Assembly: GCF_037042905.1 (NCBI RefSeq)
Contig: NC_087263.1
Location: 10,418,001 to 10,478,000, forward strand
Reading direction: 5' to 3'
Source: Lytechinus pictus
Lineage: Eukaryota
Length of the DNA stretch: 60,000 nucleotides
Both the position numbers and the translations under genes were made by a program. Shown here piece by piece: positions 36,951-49,831 of the stretch. Position 1 is the first letter of the stretch, and every line of letters begins with the position of its first letter. The notes beneath the pieces were generated by a model. It saw only the letters and a list, made by a program, of their open reading frames with translations. It ran no database searches and had not been told where the DNA came from.

Positions 36951-37859
36951 TTTGATAGATTTAAACACTGCGGAAACCTCAGGGCCCAGTCTTACAAAGA
37001 GTCGTGATTGATCCGATTTATCTCAACTGAATGGAAATCCATCAATGTCCTGATTTTTTTCTACAGGAACTTTGCACAAAGTTGTAAACAAAGAGAAGCA
37101 CACTAAATTTTCAAGAAAACAAAGAATGTAAGAATATTCAGCATATCTTGAAAATATTGTGAACAAAACATGCAATTTAGATGTTGATGTTGCTGGCTTT
37201 CCATAGTTGTGGTTGATCTGGTGGGTGTTTCAGGAAAGATGTCAGCGCTGACTATTTTAGTGAAATCCTTGCTTTTGATTGGCTGAGAACCACTGGCCTC
37301 TGACTGTTACTATGGTTACTGTCGGAGAAAGAAACTTGCTAGTGCTGACAACTTTCATGAAACAATTCCCTGCAATCGCAATTGTTCGTAAGACGGGGGC
37401 CCTGATGTCATCTGAAATAAGCCCATTATCGAGACTCTGCCAGAGAGGTTTTGATATAAGACCACCTTGATCTCATCTTGTTTTCCTGTCAATGCCCACA
37501 ATTGCAGTGTTGCCTATTGTGGCAATTGCTTGACTTGACCAGTGTTCTAGCCAGACCCATTTTAGTGGTTGTCAATATTTACGGCATTATAAAGTTTTTT
37601 TTCAGGTCGAGTTTAAGTCTTAAATCCAAAAGTGAAGGAACATCAATATAATAACAATCTGACATGAGCAAAAGTTTGAAAATAAACTAATATTTACCAT
37701 ATATAAGAATTTTTAATGTAAATTATGCAACTAAAGCATGATTAAAGATGGAAATGAATGCAAGTGCAATTCCTCTTTGCAAGGAGTTAGTTTTGAAACA
37801 CTTTTCATTTGAAATCAGTAGTGGGCAGAAGCAGTTTTTTTCATGATGAGTGGTGGTCA

Positions 37860-38250
37860 GAAATCTTCTGTGCCGGTTGGGCCCGACTGCCGTCCACTGT
37901 AGCTATAACACTGGACTTGACCTGATGAAGATATTTTGCCAAGGAATGACAGGTACAATATATGGGAAGAACACCCTAATCTTTGACAAATAGTGTATTT
38001 TTTTATTGTGCATAGGTTGTGACTCCTATACACGGGACCAACATTTGCATTGTTTCCGATGGACAGAGTGTTTTCCGGTTGCATTCACACCCGCACTGAA
38101 TACAGTGGTGAGGCATGGTTACAACGCTATATCATCAACCTCTTGATGGATGTCTTTCGGCATGAGCAGGACTCGAACCCACTCACGTTGAGCTCATACT
38201 GTATGGTCTTTTCTGAAACAGGTGCTCTAACCGACTGTGCTACGCAGCCT
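37860..38250 (-). mobile_element. tRNA-headed SINE with a Deu-domain-like core
   Basis: Minus-strand head TAGCACAGTCGGTTAGAGC...GGTTCGAGTCC, then CTGTCCATCGGA...GGTCCCGTGT...CACTATTTG, which resembles the DeuSINE domain (from memory). Confidence 0.5.
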
Positions 38251-38645
38251 CATTTGTCTTGGGCTAGCAATCGCTAAATCGGTGAAGTGTTAACGCAACT
38301 TGGAGTCGATTCTAAATTGGTGTTATCTTCAACACCCTTCTCATGTTGTTTTATATAGAAACAGGGCATGGTGTAATATTAACACCAAAGTTTTTGCAGT
38401 GTTTAGACTGCATGCATTGACGTCATCGCGTCGCCATCTAAGAGGCTGAAGCCATTGCCTTGCATGCGTTGGTGATCTGCAGCTGGCGCATCTCTGACAA
38501 CTCGGTTTATGTCTATTCCTATATCCTCTGAGGGAGGGCGCTATCCGCTATGAAATTCTGATTTCATATGCATAAGGTCTATACATCGTGTAAAGACATA
38601 CGAATGGACAGTATACAAGTGCTTGTGAATACATAGTGGAATTAG

Positions 38646-38784
38646 GGGAGCGTTTCATCAACATATCTCGTCTGACAAGTTGTCAGATCTTCAAACTTCC
38701 CTCGATTTTGATTGGCTGAGACGCTCGGTCCCTATGGCAACTGGCAGATAAAATGTCCGACAAGTCATTTTATGAAACGCTCTC
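38646..38784. mobile_element. Short MITE (GGGAGCGTTTCAT TIR)
   Basis: GAGCGTTTCAT...ATGAAACGCTC; second copy at 52380-52538. Confidence 0.65.
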
Positions 38785-40859
38785 AGTCAGGAGCGGGATA
38801 TACGTGGTATCGATTTGATTGTTTTATTAATATTATGCAACCAATGTGACCAAATCACCAAAGACCAAAATATGTTTTTGATATACCACTTTGGTCCTTT
38901 TTTGACAACTCGTTTTTATAATTCATTTTAAAAAAATGTATAATGATACATGTTGTGTGTCCAAATAGTAGAGTACTTCCGTTTGTTCTATGAAATGTGC
39001 GATTATTTTGGAGAATTTTATAGTGTTTTTTTATGGTCATTTTAATTGTATGATAATAACTGAAGAATTTGATATCACTGATGGTGTCTAACACTGCCAT
39101 TGTTTCATGTTGAAAAGAGGCTTCGTGGATGAAAGGAATTATGTTTGATGGTATGTCCGTATAAGCCAGTTCGTAGTTCCACTTTGCGCATGATCAGAAG
39201 ATTCTGCGCATGATCAGAGGAAGGTCATTTGTACTAAAGCGACATGGTGGTTTAAAGTTTAATGAGATAAGCACCAACTTTGATGTCTTGATTATTCATA
39301 TATTCTTTTGAACTGTGTTTTTCATTTACATCCACAAAAAGAACAATGCATCCATGAACGACTGGTATTTCACAGTTGGCCAAGTCCATTGTACAACATG
39401 CATTCAAAGTAGAAATGCAACAAATAAGTTCATATAGTGTTCATTGATGTGCTATTCTAGTCACCTGGTCTATTTTATTTCTTCATCCTGCTATGTAAGG
39501 CATGCTAGCGTAATATCTTGCTTTGAAATCTGCCTATCATAATGAAAGAAATGAAAGGTCATTTGACCAAATTGTCCATGAGGTAACTACGAACTGGGCC
39601 CTGTTGTACAAAGAGTTACGATTGATCCGATCAATCGTAACTATGGCAAGCCAGCAAAGTCAACATACGAAATGCATGTTTGTTCAAAAAAAATTCTAGA
39701 TATGAATGCATATCCATAAATTCATTGATTTCTTGACAATTTGGGGTGTTCTCCTTTGATTACAAAGGACATTTTGCAAATTTCCTGTAGAAAAAATTAT
39801 GACACTGATGGATTTCCATAGAGTTACGTTGATCGGATCAATCGTAACTCTTGGTCTATTTGTGTGTTTGTAATTGATGGGAACGGGTGATACCCTCATA
39901 GAATGATAGTCAAAGGGAGACTCTGTGTGAAGTACAGTATAATACTTCATTATCAGCCAAAGAGGTCAGTGAGCTACTTCATAGGAACTTGATGTGCAAT
40001 TTTGTATGTTTAATAACTCGATGAAGAGTACTTGCATCGTCACAACTGAACTTAGGTAATTCGTAAATCATATGTTTTGAAATGATTGTTCTTTCAGTTT
40101 TCAATATAGTTCAAAGCCCAATTTGTGATGCCTAATCAATTGTGGCAATGACTTATTTATGTATAAGAGTGAACTGATATGTGAATATTCATGATATATC
40201 TGTGCGTGAATATTTATATCGAGGATGAACTCAAAGATGCATTGGTATTATTGATTTTCAGTTTTGGAATTGTATGAATGTCTCATGTCTGAATATTCAT
40301 GTCAAAGCTGGATCCATGTTTGAATATTCATTTCAAAGATGAACGTCCATCCAAGATGCAAAATGCCCAATCAATTATGGCAGTGAGCTACATAAGAATG
40401 GACTGATATGTGAATATTCATGTTATATCTGTGCATGAATATTCATATTAAAGATGAACTCATGTATGAGTATTTATACATGAATTATGTCAAAGATGAA
40501 CGTGCATCCAAGATGAATGTATGTAACTGACTATTCATATCATAAACTACTTCATGAATATCCATGTCAAAGATAATCATGAATGTTTGATTTAGATTGA
40601 GCTTTCAAAATGGATATGGATTTGGCTCATATTGGAATAACCCAACTTGTGAAATTGATTAAAATGGTTTCATGAGAGAATATGAACATGATCCCTGTAT
40701 TCAGCAGTACCGAATGAGTACATGTACGTTGTACATTGTACTTTAAGTGTTGAATGTGTAATGTGCACATTTCTGACTCATTTTACTTGAGGCTTAACTG
40801 ACATAGCAGTGCACAAACAATATTTCACAGGCTAGTTGTGAGAATGGTACATATGTACA

Positions 40860-41750
40860 TTGCCACTTGGGCTACAGCCACTTGGTCTACTTTCCATTTG
40901 GTCTCATCCCACATGGTCTAATCCTAGTTCATCTACTAGTCATTTGGTAAATTCAATTGAATTAATTGCCACTTGGGCTACACCCACTTCGTCTACTTTC
41001 CATTTGGTTTCATCCCGCATGGTCTAATCCTAAATCCTAATTGCCACATAGCCCATTTACCATTATTTTTCTTCCAATGTCCAAATGTCCAGTTGGGCAA
41101 CTTCCATTTAGTCTACTATCCACTTGGTCTAACAGCACATAGCTAAGGTAAGATGAACTATTCATGAACCAGACTTCATCTGCCAAAGTGCAAAAAAAAA
41201 ATTAAGTAGAAGTGGAGATTAGACCATTTAGGTATTAGATCAAATGACGGTTAGACTAAGACCCCGTTGTCATTACGCTTTCTAAAACTAGTTTACTGGA
41301 AACCGGTTCAGGAAACCAGTTTGGAAGATCGCTTTGCTAGCGTTCCCGTTTGATCATCCGAAAGTGGTTTTCAAAATCACTTCACGTAAAGCGATCTTGT
41401 TCTATGGGAACGCTCTCAGCGGGGTGACACGTTTCGCGCGAAACCGCATCTTAGGCATTCTACACACAGTGTGTATAGTAGCGCGCTCAAATGTGCAAAG
41501 ATCGCTTCCGAAGAATGGTTGTGTCCTCTCCTCACTAAAACCAGTTTAACGAGGCAAAACGATCTTGAAAACTACATGGCGAGGTGGTCGAATCGCTTCG
41601 AACGTTCTCATTACGCGATAAACGGTGTCTAAGTAAGTATTAGACCAAATTAGTCCCAAATTGATATTAGACCAAGTGGGTTAAATGATGATGTAATAGA
41701 CAATTGGGGACTTGGACCATCTGCTAGTAGACCAAATTGAATACAGACAG
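40860..41750. repeat. Fold-back repeat of TTGGTCTA/TAGACCAA motifs with a nested MITE (about 41270-41630)
   Basis: The left half has many TGGTCT motifs and the right half AGACCA; similar blocks at about 43690-43930 and 46010-46290. Confidence 0.5.
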
Positions 41751-42266
41751 AGTATTGAGTTTTGAATCGAAATGTCAAATGTTATTAAAAGAAATTTATG
41801 TGAAGGGGGTACATGCAATTATTGTGAAAGATATGGAGGGGATGGGCTGTAGGTAAACTCAATTGAATTAGCAGAATTTTGCTAATGTGCAATTATTCAT
41901 GGTGCGCAACAGTTGCGCTAAAGACCTCGACCATCGTTCATGGTCTTTATGCTTGGAGAGTTTGATCATATTTATGGGTATATGGCAATATTCTGCACAA
42001 AAAGAGCGACTTTATTTGAAATCTTCTTAATTGAATTAGCATTAGTAGTACTGTCGTAAGGAGTAATATATACTTTGTTTTATACTTTGTTGTAATATAC
42101 TGCCATTTCATGGCCATTTGTACTTGATTGTTTTGATAACTTTTTTAACAAGAAAATGCAAACAAATAATGTTGATTTTGATTTTTTTTTATTGTCTAAA
42201 TTCCGGTGACAGACTTTGATGGCCAGGAGGGAAAATGGAAGTTTACACTTGTGATGATCTCAGAGA

Positions 42267-42852
42267 ATGGTGGTGGTGATGATGATGATGAAGATGATGA
42301 TGATGATGACGGTGATGATGATGAAGATGATGATGAAAATGGTGATGATGATGATGGTGATGATGATTAAGATGATGATGATGATGATGATGATGAAGAT
42401 GGTGATGATGATAGTGATTATGATGATGATGAAGATGGTGATAATGATGATGATGATTGTGATAATGATGGTGATGATCAGGATGATGATGATGATGATG
42501 AAGATGGTGATCATTGTGATGATGATGAAAATGGTGATAAACTGGACCCCTCAGAAGAACAGCCTGTGGCTGAAGAGGGTCATCCAGCCCACGAGTGGAA
42601 AATAAATAAATAAAAATAAATGATTGTGATAATGTTGATGATCAAGATGATGATGAAGATGGTGATAATGAAGATGGTGATGATGATTGTGATAATGATG
42701 GTGATGATCAGGATGATGATGATGACGATGACCATGATGATGAAGATGATGATGTTTGACTATCATGATGATTGTAATGATAATGAAGTTGGTGGTGATG
42801 ATGATGCTTGTGATATTTGTTATGATGATTATGATGATAATTATGATGATGG
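42267..42852. repeat. (GAT)n microsatellite interrupted by a short LINE-like 3' tail (about 42540-42620)
   Basis: GAT/GGT/AAG triplets; the insert ends in (AAAT)n. Confidence 0.85.
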
Positions 42853-43519
42853 AGATTGAGTAATTGTGAGAAAAGATGACAAATTTTCATATTTCCATTT
42901 TCATATGGATGCGTTGCGTTTCAACGTAAGTTGGCGCTATTCATGCTTATTCATGGCATACGGCATTAACGGGTCGTGCCAAGTCCTGCGACTCGGTCTG
43001 TTGCTATTAAAATTATTTGCCATTTACACATTGGCGGACAGATGGGAATTTGGGGAACATGGGCCCCCAAATATTCATGACCAAGAAAAACAAAGGAGAG
43101 AGGCAACTAAATGATAGGAAAAGGGGTGAAACATGACAGCATTTTCTGAATATTATGTCGAAATAGAATAAGGTTCATATTGCTTTACACGAACCATCAT
43201 TTTTTTGTTACCTTTCTTTCTTTTCGTTCTTGACTTTATCCTATTATTCCACCCGTTCTTTGATCTCTTCTTTCAGCTTTATTTTATCACTTCGTAAAAA
43301 CACAAACGTACTTTAAAAAGCAATAGCACTGTTTCTTAACGCCAAAAATACGTTCAAAGTGAAATTCAAGAAGTGACTGAAAGAAAAAATAATTACTTTC
43401 CTGTTCCTCGGCTGTGTGAAAAAGTAAAATAAAGATTTAAAAAATGTATGTTATTCTTTCTTTAATACAATTATTCATAGAATTCAGTAGACAAGTCGAA
43501 TTATTCCCAAATTCTAAGA

Positions 43520-43642
43520 GACAGATAGATAGACAGATAGATAGATGAATAGATAGATAGAAATTAATAGATAGATAGATAGATAGATAGAAATTGATAG
43601 AAAAAGATAGGCTAGATAGATAATAGATAGATAGATAGATAT
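43520..43642. repeat. (GATA)n microsatellite
   Basis: Degenerate GATA run. Confidence 0.85.
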
Positions 43643-45311
43643 ATAAATGGAAATGAATTTGAATTTGGTCGAATACGATTAATCTAATACCCAATTTGCT
43701 TATACTTAGTTAGCCTAATGGCCACTTGGTCTAATTTCACTTCGTCTACTAATCATTATTAAGCACTTTGTCCAATTAAAATTCGATTTATTAGCAGTTC
43801 ATCCTATCACATAGACTAAATGTTAGACCAAGTGGGATATTAGACGAAATGGGTATAGCCCAACTGGAAATAGAAATAATCGTGACTGGGCTAAATAGTA
43901 ATTAGACCAAATGGTTTAGCAGACGAGCTGGTCTTACGTTAACTAGGATTACAGTATTTGTTTATGAAAAATGTTGCAAAAACCAATAAATGAAATGAAA
44001 TGATTAAACTATATAATGAAGCGGATGTACATGGCGTATATTGACCATTTATCAACAATTTATGTCGATGTTGATGATGTTGATGGTGGTGGTGTAATGA
44101 TGGAGATGATAATGATGATAATAATTTTCCTTATCACCATCAACATTATCAATATCATTAATAGTTGTACCTAATTATACTATTAATCAATCTTAAAGCA
44201 GTAATAATGGTTTACCAAAGATTGTTACTCACCAAATCAGTTGATGTTTGTTTCGATGAAAGTGACATGAAGTCATTACTCTGTCACATTTTGGAGAAGG
44301 GGGAAATGGGAGGGGATATTAATTACGGTTCACATAACGTTTCTCTGTTTCTTTTTTTTTCTTGGTGTAACCATCCCGTGTTTATGTGCTTTGCAATCAT
44401 TTAATAATCCTTTTGTATTTTTTTAATTGACTTCAATTTGTTATAATTAAAAAAAAAAGAATTTAAAAATAGTTTACAAAAGATTTCACCAAGAGTGTAT
44501 ATAGGTTTAGAATTTAATACCTTTAAATATTCGAATTTGTAAACAACATTTTATCATTAAAGAAATATATGAAGGATTTATATCTCTCCAAATACTGTAA
44601 AAGATACTTTTCTAAATTACTCTCATAATTGAGGTGCCTAATTGATGTCCATATCTTAATATGCTATAGGGGCATCATTTTAGTTTTTGTATTGAATTTT
44701 AGTTTTTTTATATGAATACTTATTTCGAGCCATGTTTTAGTTAAACGAGTTACTTACTTACGATGTTATTTAAGGGAATCTGCACTTCAAACATTCTTTT
44801 TTAATTCTTAGTTCCAACTTTGTATTGATATTATCAATGTAACATTATATTTTGTCAATCTATCCATGCATAATTTCTTGTTATGCATGGTGAAAAATAA
44901 AACAAACAAACAAACTTTATTATTCCTATATTTATCCTTTATGGTATCACCAAACAGTGAAGATCTTATCAACATTTGGAGGAATTGGACAAATGAATGA
45001 ATGTCTAAAATAAAATTAATATGAAGATAGTGACTATGACCCATACATAGATTTATTCCACAGCGTGCACAGAATATCAACCTCACACAAACACATATTA
45101 AGCCATGTTTATAGACAGTTTAATGGTAAATTACAGGTTTGTCTACGCCCTCTTCGTTTACCTTCCATTTGGTCTCATCCATAGATATATATATATATAT
45201 AGATATATATATATATATAATAAACACAAGTTCACAAGGTTGACTGGAGGTTCATCAAATTCCTTCCTGTGAAGGACATCGAGCACTCTATACAAGGATA
45301 GAATTCCCGAA

Positions 45312-45343
<32 letters not shown>

Positions 45344-45357
45344 TGTATATATATATA

Positions 45358-45935
45358 GTGAAAGAAATGGATGAAGAGAACAATGGTAGGCGTAGCTTAA
45401 ATCAAGGTTCCCCAGAGCTATCTACCCTTTTGGGTAAGCTACGCCTACCATTGTTCTCTTCATCCATTTCTTTCACAATATTTAAAATAAAAGAGTTGCC
45501 AAAGCTGTTATACATGTATAATTTCAAACATTTGTATACTTTCTCCCATACGTGTACTGTATCAAAGCAATAGCTTTGATCCAGCTGAGGCATGGCGGCT
45601 TGTCATTGTTCAAAACCCACCTACACCCGACAAAGGAAATTATAATTGGTATAGCGTCGAAAATCAGTCTATCTGACAGTCAATCGGATGGGGTCGCCCT
45701 AGCCACTAACCGTCTCTGTGGTCTAGTGGTTAAGGCACCGGCGTTCAAAGCTGGGGGCCCGGGTTCGATTCCCGGCAGAGACATTTTTTCGGCATTACCA
45801 ATTTTTCCAAAAGGGTAGATAGCTCTGGAGAACCTTGATTTAAGCTACGCCTACCACTGTTCTCTTCATCCATTTCTTTCACAATATTTAAAATAAAAGA
45901 GTTGCCAAAGCTGTTGTACATGTATAATTTCACAC

Positions 45936-45936
<1 letters not shown>
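45358..45936 (+). mobile_element. (TA)n-embedded element with 96-bp direct terminal repeats, an inverted 5' tail and an internal tRNA-like gene
   Basis: Direct repeats 45435-45530 and 45841-45936; 45358-45433 is the inverse of 45807-45882; (TA)n on both flanks; truncated sibling at 49321-49490. Confidence 0.7.
45712..45783 (+). tRNA. tRNA-like gene (tRNA-Glu-like body) folding with anticodon TCA; repeat-borne, possibly a pseudo-tRNA or opal suppressor
   Basis: Acceptor GTCTCTG/CAGAGAC 7/7, D-stem GTCT/AGGC, anticodon stem CCGGC/GCTGG with loop GT-TCA-AA, 4-nt variable loop, T-arm CCGGG-TTCGATT-CCCGG, discriminator A, then a T6 Pol III terminator. Confidence 0.55.
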
Positions 45937-46006
<70 letters not shown>

Positions 46007-46337
46007 TCTCACCCCATTCATTCTTCGTAAACAAACAGTTCGTCTACTAGCCATTTGGTCTAACTGCCGATTCATTGGCCAATTTACCATTCGTCTGATT
46101 TCGAATTAGACTATAACTATTTCATCTATTATGGTTGAGTGAACGGTTAATCCATTTTGCATTTGACAAATGATACACTTGTAGACGAAGTGGAAAATTA
46201 GACCAAATTGGCATTTGACTAAATGATAATTATACTAAGTGGGTATTAGAAAAAGTATAGTGTATTCCTAACGAAAATTAGGCTAAATTAATAGAGTTTC
46301 TCTAAAGTATGTACAGTTCACTCACTGTGTTCGCACT

Positions 46338-46652
46338 GGCCCGTATTCTGAAATCAGGTTTAATTCAAACTCTGGTCTAAAGTTGTGGTTTAACTATGGA
46401 AAGCCAGTTGTGACATGAATCTTTCACTTTATTGAATTGTTCAATTTATGAGCTCATTTGACTCTAAAGACATTATCAACTGTCTGAGAAGGATGAATAA
46501 GATAGTTGTATTCACCATCAAAGAATTAGGAAAGTGAACAGTAACATGAGAAGCATTCAATGCAAACAAAACTTTGACACATTTGGCTTCCCATAATTTT
46601 AGCACAAAGTTAGGCCATGGTCTAAGTTAAACCCGACTTCAGAATACGGGCC
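46338..46652. mobile_element. PIF/Harbinger-like MITE (3-bp TSD ACT)
   Basis: GGCCCGTATTCTGAA ... TTCAGAATACGGGCC. Confidence 0.8.
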
Positions 46653-46829
46653 ACTGTGTTCACAGAGTTTAATGCATAAAGATGTGATTCACAGTTTTGA
46701 AATACTCATATTTTCACAATGTGAGGATAGTTTCAGCATGGAGAAAATAGACATACACTGTGGATATGGCTCTACCGTGTGAGCGTCCATGGTATGTTCA
46801 CATAGTGGACCCCTTGAATTCGAGATTAA

Positions 46830-48138
46830 TATGGACATTTTAACAGTGTGAAGACAATTTCAAACTGTTTTCCACACTGTGAACACACAGTGAACCACAC
46901 TGTTGACGTATGGTGAACACTCAGTAGATCACACTGTGTGACAATGCGTTCTGTATTCGAAGATGCAGCTCATTTTTCTTCAATTTCTTGGCCCAAATCG
47001 AGTTCACGTTGAGTTCCAAACTGTGATCACACTGTGAACGAACGATTAAACACAGTGGCCCGTATTCTGAAGTCAGGTTTAACTTAGACCATGGTCTAAG
47101 TCTGTGCTAAAGTAATGGGGAGCCAAAAATTCTAACAATCTGTTTATATTGTACATTTCTTATATTTACTATTTGTTTCCTTTTGCTTCCATAATGATGA
47201 AAAATACTTGAAAATACTTCAGTTACTATTCCCTGACAATTTGGATGTCATATTGGTTAATAAATTGGATGTGTACTGTTAGGGATTTGTGCCCCAATTG
47301 GCTCTCCATAGTTAAACCACAACTTTAAACCATGGTTTAATTTAAACCGCAGTTCAGAATACGGGCCAGTGACTGTAAAACGCAGTGCAGGTGGCTTTGT
47401 TTTTGCAGCTGATCGAGGATTTAGTCAATTCTTGTGCAATTTGTTGGCTTAAATCGAGTTCACATTGCGTTCTAAACTGTGATCACACTGTGAACCACAC
47501 TTTAAACGTAGGTTACTGTGAACACACTGTAGGTCACTAGGTTTTTGCAGCTGATCGAGGCTGTAGTCATTTGTTGTGAAATTATTTGGCTCAAATTGAT
47601 TTCACATTGTGTTCCAAAGCAAATCGTGAACCACACTGTAAACTAACTGTGAATACACTGTATAACATACTGTGGGTCACTGTGTTTTTTCAGCAGATCG
47701 AGGATGTAGTCTTTAACTGTGCAATTTGTTGACTCAAATTGATATCATATTTGTGTTTCAAAGTGCTGTTACTGTGACCCAAACTGTGAAACCTGATGTG
47801 TACGCACTATGACAACGCTGAGAGCCTTGCCTTATGTGCATTATACATTATTGAAGCTGTAATTTTTGTATTGTAGTCATTCCCTGGTTCTAATCGTTTT
47901 CACATTGTGTTCCAGACTTTGACCGCACTGTGAGATACTGTGTGTTTTGGAGCAGATCGGGGATATAAGCTTTTTTGGTGCAAAGTCTTGACTCACTAAT
48001 CGAAATCAATAAAAAAATCCAAACATTGAACATAATTGTGGGACACATTGCGCGACTCTGTGCCCCCCCAGTAGATCAAGGCTGTAGGCCTGTGCATGTT
48101 TTGTTTTATTTTTGTATGCAATTCTTCGCTCAAATCGA
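46830..48138. repeat. Degenerate ~120-bp tandem satellite (CAGCTGATCGAGG / TTCACATTGTGTTCC / CACACTGTG motifs)
   Basis: GATCGAGG-type motifs recur at about 47411, 47553, 47696, 47955 and 48074. Confidence 0.65.
47057..47367. mobile_element. PIF/Harbinger-like MITE (3-bp TSD AGT)
   Basis: GGCCCGTATTCTGAA ... TTCAGAATACGGGCC, inserted in the satellite. Confidence 0.8.
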
Positions 48139-48270
48139 TGGTGTCTTACTGTCAGTCTTCAAGCATCTCAGGGTAAGGATCTTCATGAAACTGTCCTTGA
48201 AGGCTTCATCTGCCAGAGCGTAACAGATCGGATTGACCATACTATTCATGTAGCCCCAGAATATTACTAC
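48130..48270 (-). CDS. GPCR exon 3 (TM7, helix 8, stop)
   Basis: TTTTTTATTACAG| acceptor; VVIFWGYMNSMVNPICYALADEAFKDSFMKILTLRCLKTDSKTPSI*. Not in the ORF track. Confidence 0.85.
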   Translation of the reverse strand, partial: VVIFWGYMNSMVNPICYALADEAFKDSFMKILTLRCLKTDSKTPSI

Positions 48271-48339
48271 CTGTAATAAAAAATATATACATTAATTATA
48301 GAGAAAAAAAAAGTAGTGAACAGAATGTCAGCGACACAT

Positions 48340-49050
48340 ATTTCATTTAATTTCATTTTCATTTTTTGGTTTTTGCAACATTTTTCATAACAAAATTCTG
48401 GACAAGAAAATACATATCTGAAACTTGACATCAAGATAATGAACAATAGTTTTGTATATAAATCCTCAAACATATCTTACACAAATGAAAATCATTAAGT
48501 GGTATTTTCTGTTATAAAATAGAATGGTTGCAAGGGTCGTCACAAAAGCAAAGCTTGAAAACGTAACAACCCTGGAATATAGCCAAAATAATTAATATCT
48601 ATTGTCATTAAACGTGCTGGTGCATGATGGACTGGGGGGGGGGGGGGGGGGAGATGCTTGGTCCTTAGCATGGAATTTTAGAAAATAACACGTTTTGTTG
48701 TTTGATTTTAATTTATACATGTTCTAGATAAAAGTCAATGTCTAATTAAAATAATGATAACAATGGTAATGATTTTCTTTTTTTAATTTGTTAGGTATTG
48801 GTTTAATTGCATTTCTTTTATAGTTCGTTTAAAGGAATAAAATGATCTTGTCAGCTTGAGTGAATCTGGCAATGCATTCCAAATATCAGGTCCATGATGT
48901 CTTAGTGTTTTATGTGCAAATAGTGTCCTGGGATTGTTTAAGTGAATATTATTGCATGTTCTTGTTGGATATGAGTGTAAATTTCTATTATATGAAAATA
49001 AATCCGTGAATACTGGAGGAATACATAGTTATTAAAGATAGTATACTCCC
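48340..49050 (-). mobile_element. 5'-truncated CR1/L2-group LINE (ORF2 C-terminus plus 3' UTR) in GPCR intron 2
   Basis: Minus translation ...NRNLHSYPTRTCNNIHLNNPRTLFAHKTLRHHGPDIWNALPDSLK...SFKRTIK is typical of CR1/L2-group ORF2 ends; a 3' stem-loop and an AAATG-like tail follow. Confidence 0.7.
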
Positions 49051-49278
49051 CCCTATGCTACAGTCACATCAACGAAACTATTCAACCTAGTCTGCAATCG
49101 CATACTCATTTTATTATTATTATTATATATATATGTATACACACACACACCCAGACGCACACACGCACACACACACACACACATATATATATAAGAAATG
49201 CGAAACAAATTCACGAGTAATGCAAATGTTTCGCATTTCTGATGTCTTATTATTGCCAATACGTGGAAAACCAAGATG

Positions 49279-49320
<42 letters not shown>

Positions 49321-49321
<1 letters not shown>

Positions 49322-49489
49322 TAAAGATATGGATGAAGAGAATAATGGTAGGCGTAGCTTAAATCAAGGTTCCCCAGAGCTATCTACCCTTTGGAAAAAT
49401 TGGTGATGCGGAAAAAATGTCCCTGCCGGGAATCGAACCCGGGCCCCCAGCTTTTATAGTATAACCCCAGTACATGTATAACTTTACAC

Positions 49490-49490
<1 letters not shown>
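49321..49490 (-). mobile_element. Truncated/inverted copy of the (TA)n-embedded tRNA-bearing element
   Basis: Reverse complement of the tRNA 3' half plus tail (49321-49453), then the element's 3' end GTACATGTATAA.TT.ACACA in direct orientation; flanked by (TA)n. Confidence 0.7.
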
Positions 49491-49528
<38 letters not shown>

Positions 49529-49831
49529 TATATTTACAACTCGAGGGATGGAATACCCGATCAGCCAATGTTGTTTTTCGTATGGGTCCATATTGAAACT
49601 TTAACCAATAACAGGTCTAGAGTGTAGACTAGCCGTCAAAGACTTTGTCTGTGTAAGACAGCCACAGTACATAGCGAATCTAGTCTCACTACTTCAGACG
49701 CTGCATTATGCACTATGCGAATTCCGATAACCAAGGGTCTGTGCCTGCAGACTAGATACCACCGTCCGATGGGATGTCATTGAAAGTATAGCGTTATAGT
49801 AGACTTTTATATATTCTGTTATATGACATTA

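Noticed and set aside
42260..42890. Poly-Met/Ile/His ORFs
   Set aside because: (GAT)n microsatellite.
45575..45620. Hammerhead ribozyme in the Penelope-like element (CTGAGGC...CAAAAC)
   Set aside because: The CTGANGA and GAAA core motifs are both mismatched and I could not build stems I and III.
45712..45783. Selenocysteine tRNA
   Set aside because: The anticodon is TCA, but the 7/5 acceptor/T geometry and 4-nt variable loop do not fit tRNA-Sec, and it is embedded in a repeat.
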